Shown: positions 20,660-32,593, counted from the stretch's first letter. The stretch: DNA of 64,000 bases from Epithemia pelagica (GCA_946965045.2 OX337235.1:1-64000); one strand, 5' to 3'. Translations and numbers: made by a program. Notes: generated by a model from the letters alone, not told the origin.

Positions 20660-21055
20660 AAGGTCAGCACAACACGTAAAGATAACAATACGCATGATAA
20701 CGATAACAGATAGACTTTTGTTTTTTTTTGGTTTTTGGTTTTTGGTTTTGGTTTTGGTTTTGGTTTGGCAGCAATTTGATTTTCAGCAGAGGGTTTTTGG
20801 TTTTGTGTGAGCACTTGGCGAAGGACACTTTTGCTGCTTCTACGAGACCAGCCAAAAAGTAAAGTAGACGATGCCGGTTTGCGTGTGTCGGCCGTCGGCA
20901 CGGCAATGGAGGTGCGGCGAGTCGGCGCTTGACGCAAGCAACAATCCACCATGACGAGGACTACGGATACACACACAACTCACAACTGACCCTGCCACCA
21001 ACAACGGCCACAACAACCAACCATCCTTCTCATGCTCCACCTCCTCGAGATGCAG
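20660..21055. repeat. Direct copy of segment ~40230-40590
   Basis: Shared CAATACGCATGATA, GTAGACGATGCCGGTT..GCCGTCGGCACGGCAATGGAGGTGCGGCGAGTCGGCGCT and CCCTGCCACCAACAACGGCCACAACAACCAA. Confidence 0.9.
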
Positions 21056-21057
21056 GG

Positions 21058-21591
21058 TTCAAATGGTCGTCACCTGTCCCTATTCGGAAAAATGTTGGCT
21101 GGTCACCCTGGCCACACAAGGCTTTGTCAACAGTCGACGATCCGACACGTACAATGACACGGCCTGTCGCGAGCTTCGAGTTGTGTTTCGCAATTTGGAC
21201 CATGACAATGCAAATGAATCGTTCATGATGATTCCGGTCGACTATTGGGCCGACGGAGAACCCAACAACAAGAACAATGACAATCAATTCCGTCTCGTGT
21301 TGAATTCCTATGCCTCTGGCTCGGGTGGATGGTTGTTTGCACACTCCAAAGAGCACCTAGCAAGAGATTGTAGAGAAATTGTCGGCCATTGTTGAAGGGA
21401 GCCCAGTCAGAACAACGACAGACTTAAACCTCCTCGATGGGACATGGGTACTTGCCTTTACATCCAACACTCGTCAGTTCGAAATCTACGCGAATTCTTC
21501 AAATACCAGCGTCAATGGACAAGAGATTCACAAACCACTCTTCCAGTGCTGTCATGGCGATATACCGTCGACCTGTCCTTTTTGGGTGTAG
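21058..21591 (+). pseudogene. 5'-truncated, frameshifted paralog of the secreted protein at 17931-18869
   Basis: MVVTCPYSEKCW...WLFA and VNGQEIHKPLFQCC match. Carries an extra 169 bp (21341-21509) and lacks 15 bp. 3' flank homology continues to ~21900. Confidence 0.85.
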
Positions 21592-22243
21592 GGGAACTGG
21601 AATGGCCAAATGAAACCAACGGCTCAAAGCCGGATCGAGTTCAGACGACTGATAAAGTAGCAGCATGAAGGTTTTGCAGGATAAGACAATGGAAGCAATC
21701 GGTCTCGGTGTAGAAGGACCAATAGAGAGAAGACAAAAGGCATTCGCTGCACTATGCATGCTTCACCATTCCTTGTAAACGAACAACAACAGTACATGAA
21801 AGTAAAGTTCAAAACGAAACTGTGATCAGCGTCAACCAGCCATGACACAGTTGCAATCTGTAAAGCAATGGACGACTCTCGGGGTTTTGTGAGTGTTCCT
21901 ACAAAAGGCGTCCCTTGTTTGATGGAATGTGTGTATATATGATACCTCAGTATACGAGCAGAGGTTCGCTGCATCGTCGGCGTCAGGTGGCAATGCATCA
22001 AAGGTCCTCGTGTGGCGATTGCAACTAGGCCATGTTCAGAGTCTTTGGATTGTCATGCTCCGCAGGCTGGGTCATTGGAATGATTGATTTCTCAATGCAA
22101 ACCAAACATCGCCTCAAGGGAAAACGTGAACCATTCTTTCTAGTCATTCTCTTTCTAGACTACCTACATACTCTCGTTCTACGTACTCCCACTCTTCCGG
22201 TACTCTCATTTGTTTTGTCATGGTCCTTTCCTTGTACAAAGTT

Positions 22244-25200
22244 TTATTCGACCGAATGTGCTTCTTCGGGTTGTTCGGGACGTTTGCCAAAAACTCCTTC
22301 GAGAATGGCTTGATGTTCCATTTGATGAATCTTGCCCATCCCCGTGGCCGGTGCCGCCGAAACGGCACGTCCCACATAGCGGGCTCGTTTTTCCTGACCA
22401 TTTAATTCTCGCGTGGCCGTCATGATGCGGGGCATGCAGTAGGCATAGGCACCCATATTTTTGGGTTCCTGTTGGGCCCACACCACATCATTGGCATTGG
22501 GATATTTGAGACATTGCTTGGCGACACGATCAAAGGGAAAGGGAGCAATTTGTTCCAATCGAATCAAGGCCACATGCGTGGCCTTGCGAGTTTCGCGTTC
22601 TTGCAACAATTCGTAATAAATCTGTCCGGTACACAGCACCAAGGTGGTGACGGCTTCGGGATTGGCCACAATGGTGGAATCGTGTTCGTTAATGACACGT
22701 TTGAATTGCGTACCCGGTCCCATTTCATCCAAACTGGACACGCACTTTTTGTGCCGCAACAAGTTTTTGGGCGACACGACAATGAGTGGTTTGCGGAAAT
22801 CGCGATGGATTTGACGGCGCAAACAATGAAAAAAGTTGGCCGGAGTGGTGCAATTGACAATTTGCCAATTGGATTTTTGAATTTGGCGACGTTCGTCGGC
22901 CGCCAATCGAGGAATGTGATGGGGATCTTCATCGACTTGTTGCAAAAAGCGTTCGACGCGACACGACGAGTGTTCGGCGCCTTGTCCATCAAAGCCGTGG
23001 GGCAACAACAAGACCAATCCGGATTGACGCATCCACTTGTCTTCGCCGGAACTGATAAATTGATCAATCATGATTTGGGCGCCATTCACAAAGTCTCCAA
23101 ATTGAGCCTCCCACAAGACGAGAGCATTGGGATTTTCCAAACTATAGCCATGTTCAAAGCCCAAGACACCAAATTCGGACAAGATCGAGTTGCGGCACGT
23201 GAATCCAGCCTGTGTATCGGGCAAGGCCAATTCTTCCATGGGAGCACTGGGATCCATGGCCTTGGCCAACGAATTCAAGGGTGTAAATTCTTGTTCCGTT
23301 TCTTGATCCTTGACCACGGCATGTCGATGACTAAAGGTTCCTCGTTGGACATCTTGTCCGGTAATGCGAACATGATTGCCTTCGAGTAGCAAACTTCCAT
23401 AGGCCATGGCTTCGGCTGTACCCCAATCAATGCCATGTCCCTGTTCGGCCATTTCCCGACGGGCCTTGAAAATCTTTTGCATTTGTCGATGCAACTTGAA
23501 TCCTTCCGGTACCGTTCCGGCTTGAATGCCAATGCGTCGCAAAATATCGACATTGACACCGGTCGGACGAATGCGACTGTTTTGCGATGGACCCTTAAAG
23601 CCTTTCCAGTTACTACTCAACCAATCGGAATCCTTCTTGACATGGGTTTTGGAGGCGCCAAAGTCTTTTTCATAACTTTCCATGACAAAGGACTTGATTT
23701 CGTTGCATTCCTCGACCGTCATGCTCCCCTCTTGAATCAATTGCTGTTCAAAGACTTGCAGCGTGGTGGGATGTCGGGAAATTTCCTTGTACAAGAGGGG
23801 CTGCGTAAAGGCTGGTTGATCCAATTCATTGTGTCCATTGCGTCGATAACAAATCATGTCAATAATGACATCGCTGCCCCATTCATGTCGCCATTCAATG
23901 GCCGTTTCCAGGGCCGCCACGACGGCCAAGGGACTGTCGCCATTGCAATGAAAAATGGGACAATTAAAGGCCTTGCCCAAATCAGAACAGTACGTCGTAC
24001 TCCGCGAATGGACGGGGTTGGTGGTGAAGCCAATTTGATTGTTGACAATGACATGAATGGTACCGCCCACGTTAAAGTCGGGGACTCGTGCCATTTGCAT
24101 GGTTTCATAGACAATGCCCTGACCGGCAAAGGCGGCATCGCCGTGCAACAAAATGGGCACCACGTTGCGCACATCTTCGGGACGATTGCCACAATAATAT
24201 TGTTTGGCCCGAACCTTGCCCGTCACGACGGGATTGACACATTCCAAATGGGAGGGATTGGCCACCAAACTCAAATGAATCCGACGGCCATCCGGATAGG
24301 TCCGATCCATGGAGGAACCCAAATGATACTTGACATCCCCCGCCATGGCCCAATGACTGTCGTCGTCGTCTTCCATGTCACTGCGTTTGGCCATTTTAGA
24401 AAAGTGCTCCACTTCGAACTGTAATGGTAAGTAAAGAGAGATCGATAGAATCATAAGAATAATAATAATCAAGAGAAAAGAGAGGAATGTGGTGTGTAAG
24501 TAAAGCGACAACAAGAAACAATAGAGTCGAGTCCCAACCACCCCGCAACGACAACGACAACACACACAGAGAGTCACCATGCAAACAAAATCACAATTCA
24601 TATACACGTACATGAGTTCCTTGAAATTCGGAAAAGATGAGTGGCATGGGTTTGCGCATGACATTGGCCAAGACATTGAGTCGTCCTCGATGGGGCATGC
24701 CCATGACAAAGGAATGAACACCGAGTTCCGAGGCTCGATCAATGGCGGCCTTGAGAGCGGGCACAACAGCTTCGCCGCCATCTAATCCAAAGCGTTTGGT
24801 GGTATTGAATTTTTGCGCCAAAAAGGTTTCAAAGGAATCGGCAAAACACAGTCGTTCGTAAATGTGTTGCTTGGTTTCCCGGTCGTAGCCGAGCCATCGC
24901 GGATGTTCGACGCGTTGTCGAATCCAATTGACTTGATCGACATTGGTCATGTGCATGTATTCGACGCCCATGCCCGATTGACAATAGGTTTTGCGCAATT
25001 GCGCCAAAATTTTTCGTAAGGTAATGGCATGACCTTGCAAACTCAATTGGGCCAATTCTTCCAAATAACCCTTGTTGCCACCCGACGATCGTCCCAAGAA
25101 ATGCAAGGGTCGGTCCAAATCCACGGCTGGATCAAAGCCATGATACTCCAAGGTCAATTCCGGGGGGTATCCCCCTTCACTGTGACTCAAATCTTGTACA

Positions 25201-25736
25201 TTGGAGGGTCGGTACGGAAAGGAATCGCGCGAATGCATGCCCAATGGATCCAAATTGGCTGCCAAATGACCATTGACTTGATAGGCCCGAATCAAATGCG
25301 CCACACCCAAGGAATCGGACGGCGTCGTATTTGTGGTGGATGTTGCAGTACTACTGGTGGTCTTTTGGGGACTGGCCACAATGGTGGGACGATTCCAGTT
25401 TTGTTCTTGGTAGGGTTCCTGATTGTGTACCACCGTATCAAAATAGGTTCGCCACGAAGCTTCGACCGAGTCTGGATTGGTACAATACCGGTCGTACATT
25501 TCTTCGGCATACAAGGATGTGGTACCCGTCAAAAAGGTTTCCGTGGGACGAGCTGCTGCATCGTCGTTGTCGGCTGGTTGGGGTGCCGCAACACTCATCC
25601 ACCGAACACTTTGGCTTTGGAGACGACGATTGATGTGGTGGTGCAACAACGACCAGGAGCGACGACCCACAAGACTCATTCTCATTGCTCGCCTTGTTGT
25701 CGTCGTTGTCATTCGTAAGCAAGCTGCCGATGACAT
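22244..25736 (-). CDS. OGDH: 2-oxoglutarate dehydrogenase E1 component (mitochondrial), 2 exons: 25736-24612 and 24418-22244
   Basis: Motifs IRAYQVNGH, KRFGLDGGE, GMPHRGRLNVL, GDVKYHLG, LVANPSHLE, HGDAAFAGQG, GQDVQRGTFSHRH, WEAQFGDF and HGFDGQGAEHSS. GTACGT..ACAG intron 24611-24419 restores the frame. Arg/Ser-rich transit peptide. Confidence 0.97.
24419..24611 (-). other. Spliceosomal intron of OGDH (193 bp, GT-AG)
   Basis: Joins ...EFQGTH to FEVEH...; canonical donor and acceptor. Confidence 0.9.
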
Positions 25737-27024
25737 GTTGAGATTCCTTATACGAGACACTGAAAGAGACACGAGAGTCGAAACAACACAGTAGTGCTTG
25801 CCCTCTCGTTTGCCCGTTGCAAGTCGAGTTGCTGTTTGTTGCCAGCACCCAAACACAAGAGAAGAACGATTCGATGGAGAACACAACACTTTACAAGGCA
25901 GACAAAAGAGACAAAGACACACCAACAACTCGCACAAGAGACGAAGAAGAATCAGCGATGATGGCGACTGCTTTGTGGTCTGTGGATGTGCATCCATGTG
26001 CAACAACAATGTGTGCGTGTCTTTTGCAGTGCAGCAGCCGCCGCCGAACCCTTTTTCGTTCTCGATTCTACACGATTGGTCCAATCTCTGTCGGAACCAT
26101 GTCACAGCGAAGTCAGGTTGCACACGTACATACGGACAGGCCGAAGACAGCTATCGATGCTATTTTGCATTTGTAGTTTGTGGCCATAGTATCTTCCATC
26201 TTCCATCATGGAAGAAGGTACTCCTACCTATTATTCGTCGACTCGAAAAGGAATGATTCGTAGTCGCAACCTCTTCTAAGGATTCTCAGAAAGAATGGTG
26301 TGGGAACGGCTCTCTTGGTCTCTCGTCGACGGTCCTCGTCCTCGTCGTACACAAGAGTCAAGGCGATTCGACTAGACCCCATTCTGCGCGTTCCGGTAGT
26401 ATCCCTTCCTTCTCTCCAAGAAAACCATTGCACAATGTCAAAGTTCTATCGTGTTCATGCTAATCTATCTTGTTACAATCACGTGTACCTCCGATGGCTC
26501 GAGCTCCAGCGTTCCTGGATACAACAGTGGGGCATTCGCAAAAGACGGGTGGATCCTCCTTGAACAAGAACAGGATCGCCTATGAACTTGAAAGTGGGAC
26601 GGTGGTAGAAACTACTCTTTCTCACTGCGGACCTATCCAACGTGTTGGTCTGGACCTACATGCTCAACATCATATTCATCTAACCCAGGACATGGTAGTC
26701 GACCGCATGGCGGTAAACATCCCGATGGTCGCAATCAAACACACCATGAGCCAGTGAGCGGTTCATGTACCTTCTCGTACTCGTACGACCGTTTAAACGT
26801 AGGTGGGGTCTGACGTCCGATGGCGAAACTCACTATTGCACTGGTTTTTGTTTGTTTGGACGGTCGGTCGGTGCACACGTAAAAGAGGTCTGCTTCAGTG
26901 CAGATCCAAGATTCAGATCAAGTACATGTTTCAATCCTATTTTACCGACCCTCCACTTCTCGAGTTCAACGTTCACCATGGCGAGAGCAACGTAAGTTGC
27001 GCGCCAACACCAGCACCAACGTTA

Positions 27025-29604
27025 CTATGTCACGCTCAGTCTGTCTTGAGCACGAAGAATCTGGGTCAGATTGTTCGTAAAAATACGAGTAGTCGGATGG
27101 TCATCACCAAGTACGCGTCGACTTGACGACAAAACCTCGCGAGCGAGTGGCTCTGCCTCATTCAATTTCCCTTGGTCTCGAAGCAATAATGCCATATTGT
27201 TGATGGAAGTAAGTGTATCATGATGGTCATCACCAAGTACGCGACGACGTGACGACAAAGCCTCACGGGCGAGTGGCTCTGCATCACCCAGTTGGCCTTG
27301 ACCATGGAGAAAACAAGCCATATTGTTGATTGAAACAAGTGTATGAGGATGGTCATCCCCAAGTACGCGGCGACTTGACAACAAACCCTCACGGGCGAGT
27401 GGTTCTGCCTCATAAAAATTGCCTTGATCTTGAAGCACCGAGGACATACGGTTAATGGAGAATAGTGTATGAGGATGGTTTTCCCCAAGTACGCGACGAC
27501 TCGACGACAAACCCTCACGGGCGAGTACCTCTGCCTCGTAAAAATTGCCTTGATCTTGAAGCACCGAGGACATCTGATTAATGGAGAGTAGTGTATGAGG
27601 ATGGTCTTCCCCAAGTACACGACGACTTGACGACAAACCCTCACGGGCGAGTACCTCTGCCTCGTAAAAATTGCCTTGATCTTGAAGCAATGATGCCATA
27701 TGAAGAAAGGAGAGTAGTGTACGAGGATGGTCTTCCCCAAGTACACGACGACTTGACGACAAACCCTCACGAGCAAGGGGCTCTGCCTCACCCAATTTGC
27801 CTTGACATTGAAGAAATACGGCCAAATTGTTGATGGAATTAAGAGTTTTAGGGTGGTCATCCCCAAGTACGCGCCGACGTGACGACAACGCCTCGCGTAC
27901 GAGTGGCTCTGCCTCACTCAATTTGCCTTGAGCATGAAACAATGCGGCCGTGGTGGTGATCGAAACAAGTGTATCAGGATGGTCATCCCCAAGTATGCGA
28001 CGTCGTGAGGACAACGCCTCACGTACGAGTGACTCTGCGTCACCAAATTTGCCTTGACCTTTAAGCACGAAGGCCATATTGTTGATGGAAGCAAGTGTAT
28101 CAGGATGGTCATCACCAAGTGCGCTACGACGTGACGACAAAGCCTCACGATAGAGTGGCTCTGCCTGACCCAATTTGCCTTGGTCTTGAAGCAATAAGGC
28201 CATATTGTTGATGGAAGTAAGAGTATCAGGATGGTCATCACCAAGTGCGCTACGACGTGACGACAAAGCCTCACGATAGAGTGGCTCTGCCTGGCTCAAT
28301 TTGCCTTGATTGTGAAGAAAACAAGCCATACTGTTGACGGAATGAAGTGTATGTTGTCGTGTAACATCTTTAGTGGTGGTTTTTGTACCGAAAGCTATCA
28401 CCTTGTCGCAGTACCAGTTTCGCACCCATTTCGTAACTTCGCAGTTTACTGTATAATGCCCAACAGTCTCCATTTTGTTTAAGATCTCTACACGTGCAAC
28501 ATTGTCGTACGATTTTGCTTCTGTTGTCTTGATTTTGGTCTTGATGTTTCCAAGGGATTGCTGGACTTTTTCATCCCCCACTGAAACAGCTGTAAGGAAA
28601 CCCTTCAACTCGGCTTGGCTCATCAATATTTGTGCACTGGCCTTGACTTGAACGGCATTGAATACCTCCCAAAGAACCCAAATTTGTTCCAATGTATGAA
28701 GAACTTGATCCCATTTTTCCAAAACCAACGCAATTCTCTTGATACTCTCGATTTGCTCCGGCAATCCGTTGATCAAGTCTTTGCGTAGTTGCATGACGGC
28801 TTGGGACTTGCCTTGTCCAGTCCAAGCAAATTGATCCACGCAAAAAACGTCTAGCCATATGTATTCTCCTCGGACTTGCTCTAAAATTTGGATGAACTTG
28901 GAGAACGAATACCGGCCTGTATAGCTCAAGAACAAGGTGGGTAACTCTTTTGTGATCGCACCACCACGAAAGGATGCTTTAGTTACATCATCCAAAGATT
29001 CATGGAGTACTTCGACATGGTTCACAAGCGGGCCTGACCATATATCCAGTCGAGCTTGAAGCAGTTGAATGACACAGACCTCGCGTAGGAGAAACATATT
29101 ACAATCGGCCTTCAATAACGTTGCAATAAACGGAATTCGACAAAAGACGTCCAAGATCCAATCTACGGATACTCCTGCTTTCGACATTAGCGAAGAGGAT
29201 GCTTCCGCCATGGACAAATCTCTTTGTGTCAACATTTGAATCATTTCGGATGTGGTACGGCTGTTACCAGTAGCATGAGTGGGTTCTTCCAAGCAAGATT
29301 CACCATATAGTTCTCGGGCAAAAGAAATCTGTTGTTCGAGTGTCGATTTCGTACCCACTTTCTCCAACCATTCTCCAAACTGCGATTGACTTGTAGTCTC
29401 ACCACCAGAGTCCACAGAAGCTTCAGTTTTGGCAACCATCTTGCGTTGCTTGTCTGGTGGTTCCTCTTTATCAGGCTCTTTTTCGTCATGCGGATCACGT
29501 GCTCGTGGTTTTTTCGTCTCTTTCATCTTCGCACCCACTTTCTTCAACCATTTTCTAAAGTTTGATTGGCGAGCAGTTTTAGCAACCTCTTTGTTGCTCA
29601 TCAT
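27025..29604 (-). CDS. HET/TIR-like domain + ten 42-aa TPR (kinesin-light-chain type) repeats
   Basis: FLSYTG, YIWLDVFCVDQ and IWVLWE motifs (~28670-28935). Ten repeats of consensus SINNMA..L..QGKL.EAEPL.REALSSRRRVLGDDHP.TL at ~27085-28345. Confidence 0.9.
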   Translation of the reverse strand: MMSNKEVAKTARQSNFRKWLKKVGAKMKETKKPRARDPHDEKEPDKEEPPDKQRKMVAKTEASVDSGGETTSQSQFGEWLEKVGTKSTLEQQISFARELYGESCLEEPTHATGNSRTTSEMIQMLTQRDLSMAEASSSLMSKAGVSVDWILDVFCRIPFIATLLKADCNMFLLREVCVIQLLQARLDIWSGPLVNHVEVLHESLDDVTKASFRGGAITKELPTLFLSYTGRYSFSKFIQILEQVRGEYIWLDVFCVDQFAWTGQGKSQAVMQLRKDLINGLPEQIESIKRIALVLEKWDQVLHTLEQIWVLWEVFNAVQVKASAQILMSQAELKGFLTAVSVGDEKVQQSLGNIKTKIKTTEAKSYDNVARVEILNKMETVGHYTVNCEVTKWVRNWYCDKVIAFGTKTTTKDVTRQHTLHSVNSMACFLHNQGKLSQAEPLYREALSSRRSALGDDHPDTLTSINNMALLLQDQGKLGQAEPLYREALSSRRSALGDDHPDTLASINNMAFVLKGQGKFGDAESLVREALSSRRRILGDDHPDTLVSITTTAALFHAQGKLSEAEPLVREALSSRRRVLGDDHPKTLNSINNLAVFLQCQGKLGEAEPLAREGLSSSRRVLGEDHPRTLLSFLHMASLLQDQGNFYEAEVLAREGLSSSRRVLGEDHPHTLLSINQMSSVLQDQGNFYEAEVLAREGLSSSRRVLGENHPHTLFSINRMSSVLQDQGNFYEAEPLAREGLLSSRRVLGDDHPHTLVSINNMACFLHGQGQLGDAEPLAREALSSRRRVLGDDHHDTLTSINNMALLLRDQGKLNEAEPLAREVLSSSRRVLGDDHPTTRIFTNNLTQILRAQDRLSVT

Positions 29605-30287
29605 TCCACAATATCAAGAGATCAATATCGAGGTTGTATTTCTGAAGTTGTGAACCACACCTGCAATGGATCTTTTGTTCATGTTGTTCATCAGTCGCGC
29701 TGTTACCGCGCGCTCCAAAGCTCTGTAGCTATTGTCGTTGTTAGGACTGTTTCGATATCCTCCGTTGGGGTGTAGTTTTGGATTCCGCATATAGGATGCG
29801 AATCTCGCAACCTCCGCTGTTCTATATCCCGCACCGCTGCTCCCTTGTTTCTGGTATTCTTGCTACTGCGCCAATGACGGCAAAGGTAGCTCCATATAGC
29901 CACACAGCTCATGCAAGAGATGGTCCGTTCCTCACTGTCGTCCTAACGTTAGAAAACAAGAAATCGTAGATGGAGATATGGTGAGAGTATAACATGATTC
30001 TAAAGTTGTGATTTTGCTTTTGGTCTTATTCGTCGCAAGGTCAAGATTGAGATGATGTGTGACAGACTCTGGTTCGTTTGGTAAAGGATCAAAACCAAAA
30101 ACAAACGAGGACCACAATCACCGACGACAACAATAGATGATATCTATCTCTGACGGATATACAAGTGTGTGTTTCGTCAAGACAAGGCATTCTCCAACTT
30201 CACGCTTGGATTGTGTCGAGGATTTGCTACTTGCTTGTATTCTCTAGCAAATGGCATTGCTGCTTCCGCCATTCACATGGCAGGAGG

Positions 30288-31751
30288 TCATGCCGGTTCC
30301 TCGTGGTCGTCCTCCAACCCGTCACGAGCGGAATAACCGACACACGACAGAATATCCTCTTCTTCTTCTTGTGGTTGTTGCTTTGTAGTAGTAGGACGAT
30401 CATTCTTGTCATGTCGCCCCGGTTCCATCCCGACAGTCATTTCCAAAATGGGCAATCGTCCGCGTCGTCCCTGGTTGGTCAACAATTGCGCCTGTTGCTG
30501 GGCCACCGCTTGTCGTTGCTGTACCACTTGAGACGAATCCGTGTCGTGTCGACGATAAAAGACGGCTTGAATCGTATCGAGCAAATTGTCGGGCAAGGCC
30601 AGGACTACTTCATTCCACTGAAACGCCACTGGGGCCACCGACTGTTGTGAATGAGCTGGAAAGTAGGTTTGCTGCCAATCGACGACGGTTTGCCATTGCT
30701 CGGGTGGCCACGACCGTGCACCGGAATACAAGACAAAGGTGCCCTGTTGCGTCGAATTGTAAATGGTGGACGCATTGCACACGGAATGGCCCAAGAGTGT
30801 CGACAATTTGCGATACCACAGTGTTAAATAGGGAATCACGGTCATGTTGTTCGGTGGAGGATGATTGTAAGGAAATGGAGAAGAAGGAGGGGCTTGGATT
30901 GTTTGGTTGGATAGGGAGTCCTGCTTGTGCCACCGTAGAGCTGGTGGTCGTCGAACTTCATCATTAGTTGTGGCAGTTGTCGTCGTGGTCCATTCCCAGG
31001 CCACGGCCAGTTCGGTATGGGCAAAGCCATGGCGATCCAAAAACTGGGTACAGTCCAAGGAATTCCAAGCCGTGTCACGGCCAAACATGCGATCCTTGTA
31101 CTCAATCAAGTGCTGTTTCAGCTCACTGGCATTCTGCCACTCTTGGCCTTGATACACAAAGGACCGTGTCGGATCTTGCAGGGCCGTATCGAAGGACCAC
31201 GGTCCACATCCCTGGTCGTCGATTCGAAAGGCGGATGCCGCATCGGTGGGATACAAGCACTGAATTTGTACACGACTTGGATCCAGCACAATGCCCACTT
31301 GCGATGGCACGGGAAGAACCGCCTGCGTTCCCAGGTCTTGATTGATCCATGAAGCGGACCAGTGTGTGTCGGTCAAATGCAAGGTACACGAATCCAAGGG
31401 AAAACACATGGACACCAACAAGCCATGAGTCATCAAATAGCGAGTCAAGGAAGAATAGGAAAAGGAGGTGGTTGTCGTTGTATCAGTAGTAGTATTGGAC
31501 ATAGTGTTTGTGGTTCGGATCCACTCCTTCTTGTTGTTGTTGCGCTTGTTGTTGTTCTTGTGGGGGACAAAGCGTTGAGTATTGCGAAAATTTTGCGACA
31601 GTCGATGCGCCAAGGAACGACACGGTTCGTCATCATCGGCATCGTTCTTGTCGTTGTTCATGTTGTGGCTTGTCCTACGGCGGGAGGCTCTGTGGCTCGT
31701 TGTGCTCTGGTTCTGGTTCTGGTTGTTGTTGATGAAGTTGTGGTTGGGCAT
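30288..31751 (-). CDS. Uncharacterised protein (<=487 aa; true start uncertain)
   Basis: Long ORF with a globular core: GLLV..F, WSASWIN, GIVLDP, CLYPTDAAS..R...GCGP, WPPEQW, QWNEVVL. Confidence 0.7.
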   Translation of the reverse strand: MPNHNFINNNQNQNQSTTSHRASRRRTSHNMNNDKNDADDDEPCRSLAHRLSQNFRNTQRFVPHKNNNKRNNNKKEWIRTTNTMSNTTTDTTTTTSFSYSSLTRYLMTHGLLVSMCFPLDSCTLHLTDTHWSASWINQDLGTQAVLPVPSQVGIVLDPSRVQIQCLYPTDAASAFRIDDQGCGPWSFDTALQDPTRSFVYQGQEWQNASELKQHLIEYKDRMFGRDTAWNSLDCTQFLDRHGFAHTELAVAWEWTTTTTATTNDEVRRPPALRWHKQDSLSNQTIQAPPSSPFPYNHPPPNNMTVIPYLTLWYRKLSTLLGHSVCNASTIYNSTQQGTFVLYSGARSWPPEQWQTVVDWQQTYFPAHSQQSVAPVAFQWNEVVLALPDNLLDTIQAVFYRRHDTDSSQVVQQRQAVAQQQAQLLTNQGRRGRLPILEMTVGMEPGRHDKNDRPTTTKQQPQEEEEDILSCVGYSARDGLEDDHEEPA

Positions 31752-31988
31752 GGTACATTCGTTCGACGACCTCCTCTCCTAGTATCTTGGATCTTTTGCT
31801 TCTTTTGGAAATGGATCAAATGATGTATTCCACGTGGAGGCGTTAAAGTGAGCGACTCCAATGCGATTAAAAGGCTTTAAAAATCTTGTAAAAATAACCT
31901 CTCGACTCTCAGATCCCAAAGGAATACGAATAACGACTAGATACCTCAACCCTCAACCTCAACCTCTACCGTCTACTCGGACGAGTAC

Positions 31989-32593
31989 TAGAGGTGGCTC
32001 CAGCAACAGCTCATCTCTGCTGGAGCTAGGTAAGCGCTGGAGACTGGAGACGTCTCTGCTGGAGCTAGGTAAGCGCTCCAGCTGGAGAAAAGACTACCTG
32101 TGCTACCATGATGAAAATACTTAGCTAGAAGCTAGTGAATCTATCTTATGGTGAGAACACATGTTCCCAATTCTCACGTAAAAAATGTAACTCTGTAACG
32201 GTGGAAGGCTCCAGTGATGCTTGTTTCGCAGATATGATCAGTCCTGCAATACTGAATGCCCGTTCAGAAGAGGCAGCAGTCGCAGGCAGTGCAAAATATT
32301 TTCTTGCTAGGCGCCAAATGTTGGGAAATTCACTTACTTTCATCCGTAGTGCCATCCATATCAGGCTCTTCCACCTTTGATGAGTCATCATTATCATTGT
32401 AATCAGACATTGTGGAAGGCAGTGTGGAGCAAATGAATGACACAGGGTCAGCAATGACCAGTGCGGAGCAAATGAATGACATGCAACAGGCAACAGGCAA
32501 CAGGCAACAGTCACAGAGAACGGCGACCAATGTAGCGCACTTTTCCAGCAACAGAAAATCTCTGCTGGAGTTTCTCCGCTGGAGCCACCTCTA
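31989..32593. mobile_element. Complete non-autonomous hAT transposon (605 bp)
   Basis: Perfect 16-bp TIRs TAGAGGTGGCTCCAGC (31989-32004 / 32578-32593). Perfect 8-bp TSD ACGAGTAC (31981-31988 / 32594-32601). Subterminal TCTCTGCTGGAG repeats. Minus strand retains the hAT C-terminal dimerisation domain (FPNIWRLARKYFALPATAASSERAFS...LRENW). Confidence 0.97.

Noticed and set aside
20719-20765. (TTTTGG)n run as an interstitial telomere-like repeat; other microsatellites (TTC at ~47710, CA at ~47155, GAT at ~52168, 19-bp duplication at ~52561)
   Set aside because: The unit differs from this genome's TTAGGG; these are ordinary short simple repeats.
22472-24424. Long antisense ORFs (305 aa and 329 aa) opposite OGDH, and similar ones opposite ASNS, NASP and the large low-complexity genes
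   Set aside because: Shadow ORFs expected from codon bias of the real gene; no recognisable motifs.
26300-27020. Short ORFs between OGDH and the TPR gene
   Set aside because: No motif support in any frame.
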